A stretch of DNA of 64,000 nucleotides, taken from Vicinamibacterales bacterium (GTDB lineage: Bacteria > Acidobacteriota > Vicinamibacteria > Vicinamibacterales > G965250185). The position numbers and the translations under genes were made by a program. Below the pieces are notes generated by a model that ran no database searches, was not told where the DNA came from, and saw only the letters and a list, made by a program, of their open reading frames with translations. The stretch is taken from assembly GCA_965250185.1 (NCBI GenBank), contig OZ252293.1, forward strand, positions 2,247,862 to 2,311,861, read 5' to 3'. This document shows positions 19,747 to 28,874 of the stretch, in pieces (the first letter of the stretch is position 1; the number at the start of each line of letters is the position of its first letter).

Positions 19747-20970
19747 TCACGAGCCAGCCCCGAGCGTCGGATACACCTCCCTGACGAGATGGTGGCGCAG
19801 TTCACGGTCGACGAAATGCCCGTCGTTCTCCGTCGTGGCTGGTGTGTTGCAGACCACGATCGAGGCCGTCCGTGAGGCGAGATCGATCCAGAGGTTCGAG
19901 TAGAAACCGTTCTGGCTGCCCGTGTGGCCCGCCAGTTCCCGGCCTTCGAACCGCTCCAGGAAGAAGATGAGCCCGCTGCGGAGGTCGGGACTCTGTGCTG
20001 AGCGACCGATCTGCGGGGCGAACATCTCGTCGAGCGATCCGCGAGTGAGCACGTGCGCATGCTCGCGCGCTCTCCCCGGCTGGCCCATCAGAAAGTTGAC
20101 GTAGCGCACCATATCGGGCATCGGAGCGTTCAGGCCACCGTTCGACACGGTCACACCCGTATTGAAGTCGAACCGTGCCTCCTCGAGACCGCTCTCGCCA
20201 TGCCGGTAGCTGTGCGAGCGATGCGGCCTCAGGTGTCTCGGTGACGTGTCGAAGTAGCTGCGGTGCATCTCGAGCGGCTTCAGGATGTGCTTGTCGATGT
20301 AGGTCTCGAACGGCTCGTCCGCCAGGCGCTCGATCGTCATGCCCAGAAAGATGATTCCGGGGTTGGAGTAGCGGTACCGGCTCCCGGGATCGAACTCGAT
20401 CTGCGTGTAGGGCAGCATCGCGACGAGCTGGTCGTAGCCGGGCGGTTCGAATGGGTGCCACGGCTGGTCACCGCCCCACGGCCAGGTGCCGCCGCGCAGA
20501 CCGGAGCTGTGGGTCATGAGGTGCCGGATCGTGATCTGCGTCGCGTCCCCGAATGGGTTGTAAACCGCGCGAAACTCTGGCACGTAGCGCTCGATCGGAT
20601 CGTCCAGATCAAGCAGACCCCGATCGCGAAGCTGCATGATGGCAATGCCGGTGAAGGTCTTCGTGATCGAGGCCCAATGGAAGATCGTGTCCTCGTCGAC
20701 CGGGACCTCGCCGTGCAGGTTCTGGAACCCGGTCATCTCCCGTCGCACGACGTGGTTGTCGTGCACGACCGTGACGCTGCTGCCGACGATGTGATGCTCG
20801 TCGACCAACTGGTGGTAGAAGGCTTGGAATGCGGACCATGCCTCGTCCGCATCCGTCGCGGGCCCAATCGCCAGCGGCACGGCCGTCAGCGCGGCGCCGG
20901 CCACGAGAGCTGCCAGAATGATTCGCCGCCGGACTCCTCTCGCAGCCGCCGCTGTCATCGTGTACGTCAT
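19747..20970 (-). CDS. serine hydrolase, beta-lactamase/PBP-like (class C type)
   Basis: S-x-x-K (HWASITKTF) and Y-S-N (RYRYSNPG) motifs. N-terminal signal with RRR. Confidence 0.85.
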   Translation of the reverse strand: MTYTMTAAAARGVRRRIILAALVAGAALTAVPLAIGPATDADEAWSAFQAFYHQLVDEHHIVGSSVTVVHDNHVVRREMTGFQNLHGEVPVDEDTIFHWASITKTFTGIAIMQLRDRGLLDLDDPIERYVPEFRAVYNPFGDATQITIRHLMTHSSGLRGGTWPWGGDQPWHPFEPPGYDQLVAMLPYTQIEFDPGSRYRYSNPGIIFLGMTIERLADEPFETYIDKHILKPLEMHRSYFDTSPRHLRPHRSHSYRHGESGLEEARFDFNTGVTVSNGGLNAPMPDMVRYVNFLMGQPGRAREHAHVLTRGSLDEMFAPQIGRSAQSPDLRSGLIFFLERFEGRELAGHTGSQNGFYSNLWIDLASRTASIVVCNTPATTENDGHFVDRELRHHLVREVYPTLGAGS

Positions 20971-20996
20971 GGATCCGCCTCACACTTCCCCAAGAA

Positions 20997-21072
20997 CCAT
21001 TCAACACTCAGCATTCGACATTCAGCATGCAGCATTCAACATTCAACACTCGACATTCAACATTCGACATTC
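20997..21072. repeat. (CATTCRA/CATTCAG-like) heptamer array between two minus-strand genes, abutting the stop at 21073
   Basis: ccattcaacactcagcattcgacattcagcatgcagcattcaacattcaacactcgacattcaacattcgacattcc. Confidence 0.9.
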
Positions 21073-22422
21073 CTAGTTATGAAACTCCCCGATGACCAGG
21101 TGCCCGTCGGCCAGCGGAAACGTGCGCACCGTGATCGTCTCGTCGTTGAATCGCAGCCGCACCGGGCGGCTTGGTCCTGCCGGGAAGCGGCGGGTGATCC
21201 ATGACGTGGTGGGGACGCCCTCGACGACTCCCTCTGGCACTGTGCCGTCGATCGTGAAGCGGTCGCGCCCGTGTCCGAAGTAGCCGCGCGGACGACTCAT
21301 GGCGACGAACGACTCGGCGTCTCGTTCCGGCTCGTTGACCGGCTGGAGTCGAAGATTGACGTGCCGGGTCGACCGCGGGAATGGCGAGTGGTAGACGTGG
21401 AGGGTGGGGTAGCCCTCTGCAGCCGCCACCAGCTCGTAGAAGGCCGTGGGGTTCGCGGCGAACGGCCCCCACTGGCCGCTGTCGCCGATCTCGCCTTGAT
21501 GGACCGGCGTCCCGAGGCGGCTCCCGCTGTTCGGGTCGACCTCGTAGACCGCCACCGTGGCACCGGCCAAGGGCAGGTTCGTCGCGTCCCCGTTCGCGAA
21601 GCCGCTCACGACGCCGTCCAGCTCCGGCCGCGCCTCCGGCACGGGGTCGACCGTGGTCGGCTCCCGTCCGGTGATGACCCGGTACATTTCGCGGAACGCG
21701 CGCGGATGGTACGCGACCTCCCGATGGTCGAGTCCGTCCAGCACGATGTTCTCGGCCCCGTCCAGCGCCGGACTGTCGTAGCCTCCGCCGGTCACGCCGG
21801 TACGTGACGCTTGGCCGGGCTGCGCGTACTTGTCGTTGGTGTCACTGCGAATCGTGACGAACCGGACGTCCGGGTGGACCTCGGATCCGTCGTTGAGATC
21901 GCGCAGAAAGCGGCCGTGACCGTTCCATTCGCTGTCGGGCTCGCCGTCCGAGACGACGATGCCATGATTCGGCGTGCCGCAGAGGATGGCGATCGCGGTC
22001 TGGGCGTGGCCGCCCGCATTCTTGATGTAGTTCCGAATCGTGTTGCCGCCACGGGAATTCCCGACCAGCACGACGGAGTTCTGACCGGTTTCGAGGAGGA
22101 CGCGGTCGACCGCCTCCGCCAGCTGTGCCATCTGGTCCGCGGTGCTACTCCGATTGTCCTCGGACACCGTGTCCCGCGCCGGGGCGGCCGGATGGCGCAT
22201 GTCGATCGCGAACAGTCGGCGGGGGTCATAGCCGTTGGATTCGAACCGCCACAACGTCGTGATCCACAACGCGGCGCTATCGCCGTTTCCGTGAACGAAG
22301 ATGATTGGTGGCGACTCGTCGATCTGCCCCGCGAGGGGAGACGCGACGGCGAGCGCAACCGCGAGCGTCCCGAGGAGGGACGCGGCCTGAAGGATCCGCA
22401 TGTCGGTCATGACGGCGCTCAC
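21073..22422 (-). CDS. secreted alpha/beta hydrolase (lipase class-2-like) with C-terminal extra domain
   Basis: PPIIFVHGNGDSAALW and nucleophile elbow LVGNSRGG. Signal peptide. ~200-aa C-terminal region of unknown fold. Confidence 0.8.
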   Translation of the reverse strand: MSAVMTDMRILQAASLLGTLAVALAVASPLAGQIDESPPIIFVHGNGDSAALWITTLWRFESNGYDPRRLFAIDMRHPAAPARDTVSEDNRSSTADQMAQLAEAVDRVLLETGQNSVVLVGNSRGGNTIRNYIKNAGGHAQTAIAILCGTPNHGIVVSDGEPDSEWNGHGRFLRDLNDGSEVHPDVRFVTIRSDTNDKYAQPGQASRTGVTGGGYDSPALDGAENIVLDGLDHREVAYHPRAFREMYRVITGREPTTVDPVPEARPELDGVVSGFANGDATNLPLAGATVAVYEVDPNSGSRLGTPVHQGEIGDSGQWGPFAANPTAFYELVAAAEGYPTLHVYHSPFPRSTRHVNLRLQPVNEPERDAESFVAMSRPRGYFGHGRDRFTIDGTVPEGVVEGVPTTSWITRRFPAGPSRPVRLRFNDETITVRTFPLADGHLVIGEFHN

Positions 22423-22428
22423 ATCCGA

Positions 22429-24135
22429 TCACCGGCTCGTCCGCAGGTCCAAGGAGCGACGGACAACTCCAGCCTTCTCCGACCATGCCACCACGGTCGC
22501 GGTGGCCGGGGCGCTCGGATCCACCGGCCGCACGGTCCACCGTACGGGCGGAGCCGTTGCCGCTCGGCCGTCCCGGGCGCCCGGCAGGAAGTCGAGTGTG
22601 CGCCGGCTGTCGCCAGTCACCAGCTCCGCGTTGTCGAGCTCGAGGCGTAACTCGGGCGGTCGCGCGGTCTCTAGCACGAAGCGGGCGTGCGCCGTCGCCG
22701 TCGACATCCAGCCTACATTGCCCGCCGTGGCCTCGACCGTGACGCCGTCCACCGTGGGCTCGGCACGTGCGTCGACGATCACCAGCCGGGGAAGCCGCTC
22801 GGCGAACGACAGGACCCAGCGCGCGTTGCGCTCGAGTTCTTCTTCGATCAGGCGCTCGGGTGGGTTCGAGACCGACCAGCGGTCCCAACCGCCCAGCTCG
22901 ACTTCCCCGAGCTGCGGGTGGTCGAATCGATACCAGTCGATGAATCCCTGGCCGCCGAGCGTCTCGGCATCCCAGGCAAAGAGCGCGGTGCCGCCCCGTT
23001 GCATGGGATGCTTCCACATCTCGGTCGTCATCGCCAGGACGCCGAAGACGTTGGACGCCCAGTCGTTGAAGACACCGTGGCCGGGGCTCATCAGGTCGAC
23101 GATCGGCTGTTTCTCGAACGCGTAGTGGTCGTAGCCGGTGAGCTCGATCCCTCGACGAGCGATGGCATCGTAGTCGTCGAGATCGGCCTGTGGGAAACCC
23201 CACGCCTGACCGGACAGGGTCGGAAATCTGAGGAGGAGGCCACCGCTCGTGTGGAACGTGTGCACGGCCGCGATCGTCGGACGCGACGTGATGTAGGACA
23301 CGAGTGCGTGCGTTTCCGGCTCCGACAACGGAAACGGCCCCGATGCGAACTGCGCGGCACTCCAGTTCGACGGGAAGTTCCGGTTGAGGTCCACGCCGCC
23401 CACTCGGTCTTCGTTGAACCGACCGTCGCCGTCGTTGTCGATGCCCTCGGTCTCCACGCGGTAGGACGGACCCGCGGCCGCGGAAGGTGATCGTCGCACC
23501 ATCAGTCGTGGCTCGTCTGTCGAGATGACCCACGGACCATCGGGATCGGGCACGCGCATTCGCAGGATTCGGCCGTCCTGGTCCAGGTCCTCCGGTGGGT
23601 CCTCATCGACCCGTCCGTCGTCGTCCTCGTCCGTGGGGCGGGCGTTCCAGCGATGGTTCTCCGGCGTCGCGGTCGAGATCACGCGGCCGTCGGGATTGAC
23701 GACAGGCACGATGAAGAATGTCCGGGTGTCCATGAGCTCGCGGACGGCGGGATCCGTTTCATAGCGACGGAGCAGGAGGTCGATCATGTACAGGGCGGCC
23801 TCCCCGCCAAGCAGCTCGCCGCCATGAATGTTGCCGTCGATGTAGAACCCCGGCTTGTCCGCGCTCGGCCCGGTCTCGGGATTGTTGATCTCGACCGCGT
23901 AGATCGGACGACCCTCCCGGCTTCGACCGATCTCGATCAGGGTGGACAGTCGATCGTGGGCTGCGGTCAGTTGTTGGAGGACGCTGAGAATTTCGGGATA
24001 CGTGTGATACCGGTCGAAACCGATCGACGCGTCGGTCGATTGTCCGCGTCCCGCGATCGTCCAGCCGGCCACCGTCGCGACCACGATGAGGATCCCGGCT
24101 CGACTCGACCGACGCCGCCGGTCAGGGTTCCGCAT
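22429..24135 (-). CDS. M14 family zinc carboxypeptidase
   Basis: FDRYHTYPEI..., zinc motif GNIHGGE, later FHTSGG. ATG 24135 (MRNPDRRRRSS...) preferred to TTG 24144. Confidence 0.9.
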   Translation of the reverse strand: MRNPDRRRRSSRAGILIVVATVAGWTIAGRGQSTDASIGFDRYHTYPEILSVLQQLTAAHDRLSTLIEIGRSREGRPIYAVEINNPETGPSADKPGFYIDGNIHGGELLGGEAALYMIDLLLRRYETDPAVRELMDTRTFFIVPVVNPDGRVISTATPENHRWNARPTDEDDDGRVDEDPPEDLDQDGRILRMRVPDPDGPWVISTDEPRLMVRRSPSAAAGPSYRVETEGIDNDGDGRFNEDRVGGVDLNRNFPSNWSAAQFASGPFPLSEPETHALVSYITSRPTIAAVHTFHTSGGLLLRFPTLSGQAWGFPQADLDDYDAIARRGIELTGYDHYAFEKQPIVDLMSPGHGVFNDWASNVFGVLAMTTEMWKHPMQRGGTALFAWDAETLGGQGFIDWYRFDHPQLGEVELGGWDRWSVSNPPERLIEEELERNARWVLSFAERLPRLVIVDARAEPTVDGVTVEATAGNVGWMSTATAHARFVLETARPPELRLELDNAELVTGDSRRTLDFLPGARDGRAATAPPVRWTVRPVDPSAPATATVVAWSEKAGVVRRSLDLRTSR

Positions 24136-25525
24136 ATGCACCAAGCTGCAGGGTGGCCGTGAGGGTCAGCTCCCGGCCGTTTCGGCTCACGAGCAGGGCG
24201 TAGTCGCGCGGAGTGCCGGTGAGCTCCCTCAGGAGCCAGCCATGCAGGACGTCGAGGCCTCGACCCACGAAGAACGGCTCGTCGTCCACCTCGAGCAGGA
24301 GGTCGCCCGGCTGGAGGTTGGACGCGGCGAACGGGGACTGATCGTCCACCGCGTCGATGCGTACCGCGGCGCGCTCCCCCGGTAGGGTCACGTCGTCGAC
24401 CTCGGTGGTCAGGGTGCCCTCGAGGCCCAGGGACGGGAAGCGCTCCTCGAGCGCTCGAACCGCGTACATCTCCCAGAACGAGAGCGTGCCTTCGTCGTGC
24501 CGAGGTGTCAGCGTCGTCCAGAGGCGCTGGCCCTCGGCGATCGACGTCTCCCACTGCGGGATTTCGACGTCGAGCACCGCCGAGAATATCCTGCCGGTGT
24601 CTCCGAGGCGCTTCGCCTGGTCGACGGCGACCCAGACCGAGCGATCGACGCGACGATCCTCCACCTGGATGCCATTGATTCTGACCTGCACCGGACGGTC
24701 GAGGTCGACCAGGCGATCGTGCAGGAACAGGCGGATGCGTCGTGCCCACCGGACTGTCACGTCGATCTGGTTCTCGGCCGGTACGACCGATGCTCGCACG
24801 ACGGCTTGCCGAGTGTCTGGCTCGATCCAGTAGAACCTCCGCGCCGGGGCCACGATGCCGTGATGGGGTACGCGCAGCACGGTCCGGGGATAGACGGCCC
24901 GCGGTCGGTCGGCCAGCCAACGGAGGACGTCGGGGTAGTGCTCCTCGAAGCCCTCGTGTGAACGCTCACCGAACTCGCGATAGGTGACGTCGTAGCCGAA
25001 CGTCGTGAGGATGGCGTTCAGCGCGCGCGGTCCGTCGATCGCGCGGATGTTCTGATCGCGCTCCCCCTCGAGCACGTAGGTGGGCACATGCGTCAGGTTT
25101 CGGAGCAGGTGCTCGCGCGACTCGCCCTCGGTCGACACGGGCACGATGGCTGCTAGCCGATCCGGCATGGCGGCCGCGTAGGCGATCGAGAAGTTCGAGC
25201 CGAGCGAGATGCCCGTGGAGACGACGCGATTTGGGTCGACGCGGTACCGCGTGCAAATCCCGGCGATGGCGGTCAGGACATCCTCGGGGCGCAGCACTTC
25301 GTATGGCAGCCGATCCTCGGTTCGCGGGGCGACCGCGACGACGCTCGTCATGACCGGGGCGGCGACGATCCAGCCGGCCGCGTCGGCCGCCTGGCTCCAG
25401 GCCTGCAGCATGCGCTCGGCTCCCTGGCGCGCCTGGTCGGCGTTGCCTGGTGGGCCGCCGTGCATCGCGATGAGCAGCGGCCAGCTCGTCTCGTCGTGAT
25501 ACCGCGACGGCAACTCGACGATCAT
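24122..25525 (-). CDS. alpha/beta hydrolase (esterase/peptidase) with C-terminal PDZ-like domain; possibly the 3' part of a frameshifted gene
   Basis: PLLIAMHGGPPG oxyanion region, nucleophile elbow TGISLGS, C-terminal NLQPGDLLLEVDDEPF (PDZ-like). ATG 25525 overlaps the upstream ORF's stop as ATGA. No signal peptide of its own. Confidence 0.8.
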   Translation of the reverse strand: MIVELPSRYHDETSWPLLIAMHGGPPGNADQARQGAERMLQAWSQAADAAGWIVAAPVMTSVVAVAPRTEDRLPYEVLRPEDVLTAIAGICTRYRVDPNRVVSTGISLGSNFSIAYAAAMPDRLAAIVPVSTEGESREHLLRNLTHVPTYVLEGERDQNIRAIDGPRALNAILTTFGYDVTYREFGERSHEGFEEHYPDVLRWLADRPRAVYPRTVLRVPHHGIVAPARRFYWIEPDTRQAVVRASVVPAENQIDVTVRWARRIRLFLHDRLVDLDRPVQVRINGIQVEDRRVDRSVWVAVDQAKRLGDTGRIFSAVLDVEIPQWETSIAEGQRLWTTLTPRHDEGTLSFWEMYAVRALEERFPSLGLEGTLTTEVDDVTLPGERAAVRIDAVDDQSPFAASNLQPGDLLLEVDDEPFFVGRGLDVLHGWLLRELTGTPRDYALLVSRNGRELTLTATLQLGAYAEP

Positions 25526-25857
25526 GAGCAGTTGCCGTCCTCGGGCAGTGTGATGTCGAGTTCTTCCCTGAGCGCCGGACTCTCCCGGTCTTCGAACCTG
25601 CGCCCTGCGCGCAGGACCGCCTCGGTCTCGTGAAAGGCCATGCGCGTGACGGCCGCCAACGTCGTGTCGTTCTGGAGCGAACGGCAGGCGGTGGTCCTGG
25701 CCGCCGCGTCCTCCGACCAGAGGCACGCGCGTATCCGATCGTCGACTGCGGGCTGCGCGAGCGGTCGCGATCCGAGGACGGTCGTGAGAGCCAGGGCGGC
25801 AACGACCGCCCCTGTCGATCGGGAGACGCGCGGAGCAGTTGCAGGTGGGCAGCGCAT
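25522..25857 (-). CDS. signal-peptide ORF (111 aa), probably the N-terminal part of the esterase gene
   Basis: MRCPPATAPRVSRSTGAVVAALALTTVLGSRPLAQP signal. Ends ...LDITLPEDGNCS*, while the next frame continues RQLLMIVELPSRYHDE, the usual strand preceding the esterase core. Confidence 0.5.
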   Translation of the reverse strand: MRCPPATAPRVSRSTGAVVAALALTTVLGSRPLAQPAVDDRIRACLWSEDAAARTTACRSLQNDTTLAAVTRMAFHETEAVLRAGRRFEDRESPALREELDITLPEDGNCS

Positions 25858-26044
25858 CAGTGGGGCTCGAGTCGTCAGGATAGCACGGGGCGGCGACCGC
25901 CCCCGACGTGACGGACCTGACGTGACGGACCTAGCGGCGTGACCTGGCGCGGGGGACGGCGGTCGCAGGGTCGTGATATTCTTCACGCCTTGCTCTGAGC
26001 TGGCGAGTTGGGTCCGGCTGGCTCAAGGCTCGAGCGCACCCCGC

Positions 26045-27214
26045 ATGAGCGATCAGGATTCGTTTCGGGCAGAACCCGTACAGCCAGCGAGTAGCCTCGG
26101 CCGCGTCCTCGCGGTCGCCTGCTTGCTGTTCATCTTTCTGCTGGGCGTCCGGGGACTTGGTGATGGCTTCAAGCTCCTCGGCTCGGATCTCCTCGACGCG
26201 TTCTTCAGCGCCACCGCCAACCCGTTCATCGGTCTCATCGTCGGTATTCTCGCGACGACGCTCGTGCAGAGTTCGTCGGTCACGACATCGATGATCGTCG
26301 GTCTCGTGGCTGCGCCGGAGAGCCCACTGCCGCTGGCCAACGCGGTCCCGATGATCATGGGGGCCAACATTGGCACGACGGTGACCAACTCGCTGGTGGC
26401 GCTGGGACACATCGGTCGTCCCGACGAGTTCCGGCGCGCGTTTGCCGCTGCCACGTGTCACGACTTCTTCAACTACTTCGTCGTGGTGTTCCTGTTGCCG
26501 CTGGAGCTTGCCACCGGCATGCTCCGGACCACGGCCGTCACGCTGGCGTCGTCGCTCGAGGGCCTGGGCGGCTACAAGTACGAGAGCCCCTTGAAGTCGG
26601 CGCTCCAACTCGGCATGGCACCGATCGACGCTGCGGGCGGGTGGCTGTTCGCCCAGGGCATCGGTCGCGCCGGATTCGTGATCGTCGTGAGCGCGCTGCT
26701 GATCTTCGGGGCGCTCTACTTGCTCGTCCGGGTGATGCGGTCCGCCATGCAGAGCCGCGTCGAGCGCTTCATCACGGGCGTCCTGGGCTCGAGCGCGATC
26801 ATCTCCATGGTCGTTGGCGCCGTCGCAACCGTCATGGTACAATCGAGTTCCATCACGACATCGTTGCTCGTTCCGCTGGCGGGAGCAGGCGTCATTACGC
26901 TCCGCCAGGCATTTCCGATCACGCTCGGAGCCAACGTCGGCACCACCGTGACGGCGTCACTGGCCTCGCTCGCCGTGTCCGGCCCGAACGCCATTGCGGG
27001 CATCCAGATCGCGCTCGTTCATCTGCTGTTCAACCTCGCCGGAACACTCATGGTCTATCCGTTCACGCCGATCCGAAACCTTCCGATCACCGCCGCACAA
27101 GCACTGGCCGCGGCCGCGACGAGGTCGCCTGCGCTCGCGGTCGGCTACGTGATCGGGCTGTTCTATGGCGTGCCGGCGTTGCTCGTGTTCGTGGACCGAT
27201 TCTTGTTCCCGTGA
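26045..27214 (+). CDS. Na/Pi cotransporter family protein
   Basis: Duplicated Na_Pi_cotrans motifs (GILATTLVQSSSVTTSMIV; GAVATVMVQSSSITTSLLV). Polytopic. Confidence 0.9.
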   Translation: MSDQDSFRAEPVQPASSLGRVLAVACLLFIFLLGVRGLGDGFKLLGSDLLDAFFSATANPFIGLIVGILATTLVQSSSVTTSMIVGLVAAPESPLPLANAVPMIMGANIGTTVTNSLVALGHIGRPDEFRRAFAAATCHDFFNYFVVVFLLPLELATGMLRTTAVTLASSLEGLGGYKYESPLKSALQLGMAPIDAAGGWLFAQGIGRAGFVIVVSALLIFGALYLLVRVMRSAMQSRVERFITGVLGSSAIISMVVGAVATVMVQSSSITTSLLVPLAGAGVITLRQAFPITLGANVGTTVTASLASLAVSGPNAIAGIQIALVHLLFNLAGTLMVYPFTPIRNLPITAAQALAAAATRSPALAVGYVIGLFYGVPALLVFVDRFLFP

Positions 27215-27236
27215 TTGAGGGCCCTGGGAGGCGCCT

Positions 27237-27929
27237 ATGTTCCGTCAACTGCTCAGCATCTTTCGTAGCGGCGATCCCATGCACACGCTGGGCGAGGACT
27301 TCGTACGGATGCTCAAGCTCGCCGAGAACATGACGACCTCGGCGGGGCAGATCTTCATGGGCGAGGAGACGTCCGAGCCGAGCCGCCTCCAGGTCTACGA
27401 GTTCGATGTGCAGGTCAACAAGCTCGAGCGCGACATCCGGAAACGCATCGTGGCGCATCTGTCGATCCCGGGCAACACGAGCGACGCGGCGCATTCGCTA
27501 CTCCTGATGAGCCTGGTCAAGGATGTGGAGCGCGTCGGAGACTATGCCAAGAATCTGTCGGAGACCGCCGAGATCCAGAGCGGGGTGATCCCCGATGATG
27601 ACAACGGCCGCGAGATGCGCGACATCCGCGAGCAGGTCGAGGTCGCCTTCGCCGCGGTTGCCGATACGTTCATCACGTCCGACCATGAGCGCGCGCTCGC
27701 GTTGATCGAGAAGTGCCGCGGCACGGCACAGCGGTGCGACGCCCTCGTGTCGAGGGTCAGTCGATCCGAGTACGACGCCAGCACGACGGCCGCTCTCGTC
27801 CTCGGTGCCCGCTACTACAAGCGGATCAACGGTCACCTGCTCAACGTGCTGTCGAGTGTCGTTATGCCGGTGTACAAGGTCGATTACTACGATGAGGACG
27901 AGATTCCGAAGGATCTGAAGAGCGACTGA
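27237..27929 (+). CDS. PhoU-domain protein (phosphate-transport regulator-like)
   Basis: LVKDVERVGDYAKNLSE PhoU-type motif. Immediately downstream of the Na/Pi cotransporter. Confidence 0.8.
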   Translation: MFRQLLSIFRSGDPMHTLGEDFVRMLKLAENMTTSAGQIFMGEETSEPSRLQVYEFDVQVNKLERDIRKRIVAHLSIPGNTSDAAHSLLLMSLVKDVERVGDYAKNLSETAEIQSGVIPDDDNGREMRDIREQVEVAFAAVADTFITSDHERALALIEKCRGTAQRCDALVSRVSRSEYDASTTAALVLGARYYKRINGHLLNVLSSVVMPVYKVDYYDEDEIPKDLKSD

Positions 27930-27960
27930 ACGCCCTCGACCTGCGTCTACGGACGCTCCC

Positions 27961-28815
27961 GTGGACCCAACCGCCTATCTCGCACGCATCGGCTACGACG
28001 CGGACCCCGCGCCGTCCCTGCGGACGCTTCGCCGCCTCCACCGCGACCACCTCACCCACATCCCGTTCGAGAATCTCGACATTCATCTCGGTCGCTCGAT
28101 CGGCTTGGATGCGCCGTCGATGTTCGACAAGATCGTGACACGCCGGCGCGGGGGATTCTGCTATGAGCTCAACGGCCTCTTCGCCTGGCTGCTGGAGCAG
28201 CTGGGCTTCGAGGTCAGCCGACACTCGGCCGGCGTGATGACGGACGGTCGCGTCGGGCCCGAGTTCGATCACCTGGCGCTGCTGGTCCAGCTCGACGAAC
28301 GCTGGTTGGTCGACGTGGGGTTCGGACAGTCGTTCCGCGATCCGCTGCGGCTCGTCGATGGCATCGACCAGATGCAGGGCGACGACCGCTATCGTTTGGT
28401 CCAGACGAAGCAGGGCGTGTGGCTGACCGGGCGGCGCGGCGACGAGCCGTGGGCGACGCTCTACCGGTTCAGCCTCACCGCGAGCACGCTCGCAGAATTC
28501 AGCGACATGTGCCGACACCACCAGGAGTCGCCAGACTCGTCGTTCACCCAACAGCGTGTTTGTTCGATCGAGTCGACCGGGGGCCGCGTGACCCTGGCGG
28601 GAATGACGCTGATCGAGACCGTCGGCGACGAGCGGCGCGAGACGCCAATCGGCTCGGATGGAGAGTACCGACAGATCCTGCTCGAGCGGTTCGGGGTCGA
28701 GCTCGGGGGCGCCGAGTGGAGGCGCCGAGTAGAGGGGGGACGGCGCGGCGCAGGAGCCTCAGGAACTCGGGGCTCGGGGCTCAGGGCTCAGCGTTCGGAC
28801 GGCGAGTCCGGCTGA
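27961..28815 (+). CDS. arylamine N-acetyltransferase (NAT) family
   Basis: YLARIGY, IPFENLDIH and catalytic-Cys motif RRGGFCYELN. The last ~35 codons read into the heptamer array. Confidence 0.85.
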   Translation: MDPTAYLARIGYDADPAPSLRTLRRLHRDHLTHIPFENLDIHLGRSIGLDAPSMFDKIVTRRRGGFCYELNGLFAWLLEQLGFEVSRHSAGVMTDGRVGPEFDHLALLVQLDERWLVDVGFGQSFRDPLRLVDGIDQMQGDDRYRLVQTKQGVWLTGRRGDEPWATLYRFSLTASTLAEFSDMCRHHQESPDSSFTQQRVCSIESTGGRVTLAGMTLIETVGDERRETPIGSDGEYRQILLERFGVELGGAEWRRRVEGGRRGAGASGTRGSGLRAQRSDGESG

Positions 28816-28857
28816 CTGCGTGATCCCGTCAAGCCCTAAGCCCTGATCCCTGATCCC
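28756..28857. repeat. inverted heptamer-arm element (GGGCTCA arm / 38-nt centre / TCCCTGA arm)
   Basis: gcctcaggaactcggggctcggggctcagggctcagcg ... agccctaagccctgatccctgatccc. The arms are reverse complements. Confidence 0.85.
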
Positions 28858-28874
28858 AGCGACCTCGGCTCTGC

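Noticed and set aside
25931-26842. 303-aa minus-strand ORF opposite the Na/Pi cotransporter, and 59354..61237 minus ORFs opposite recQ.
   Set aside because: Same shadow-ORF logic. The plus-strand products carry unambiguous family motifs and the minus-strand products have none.
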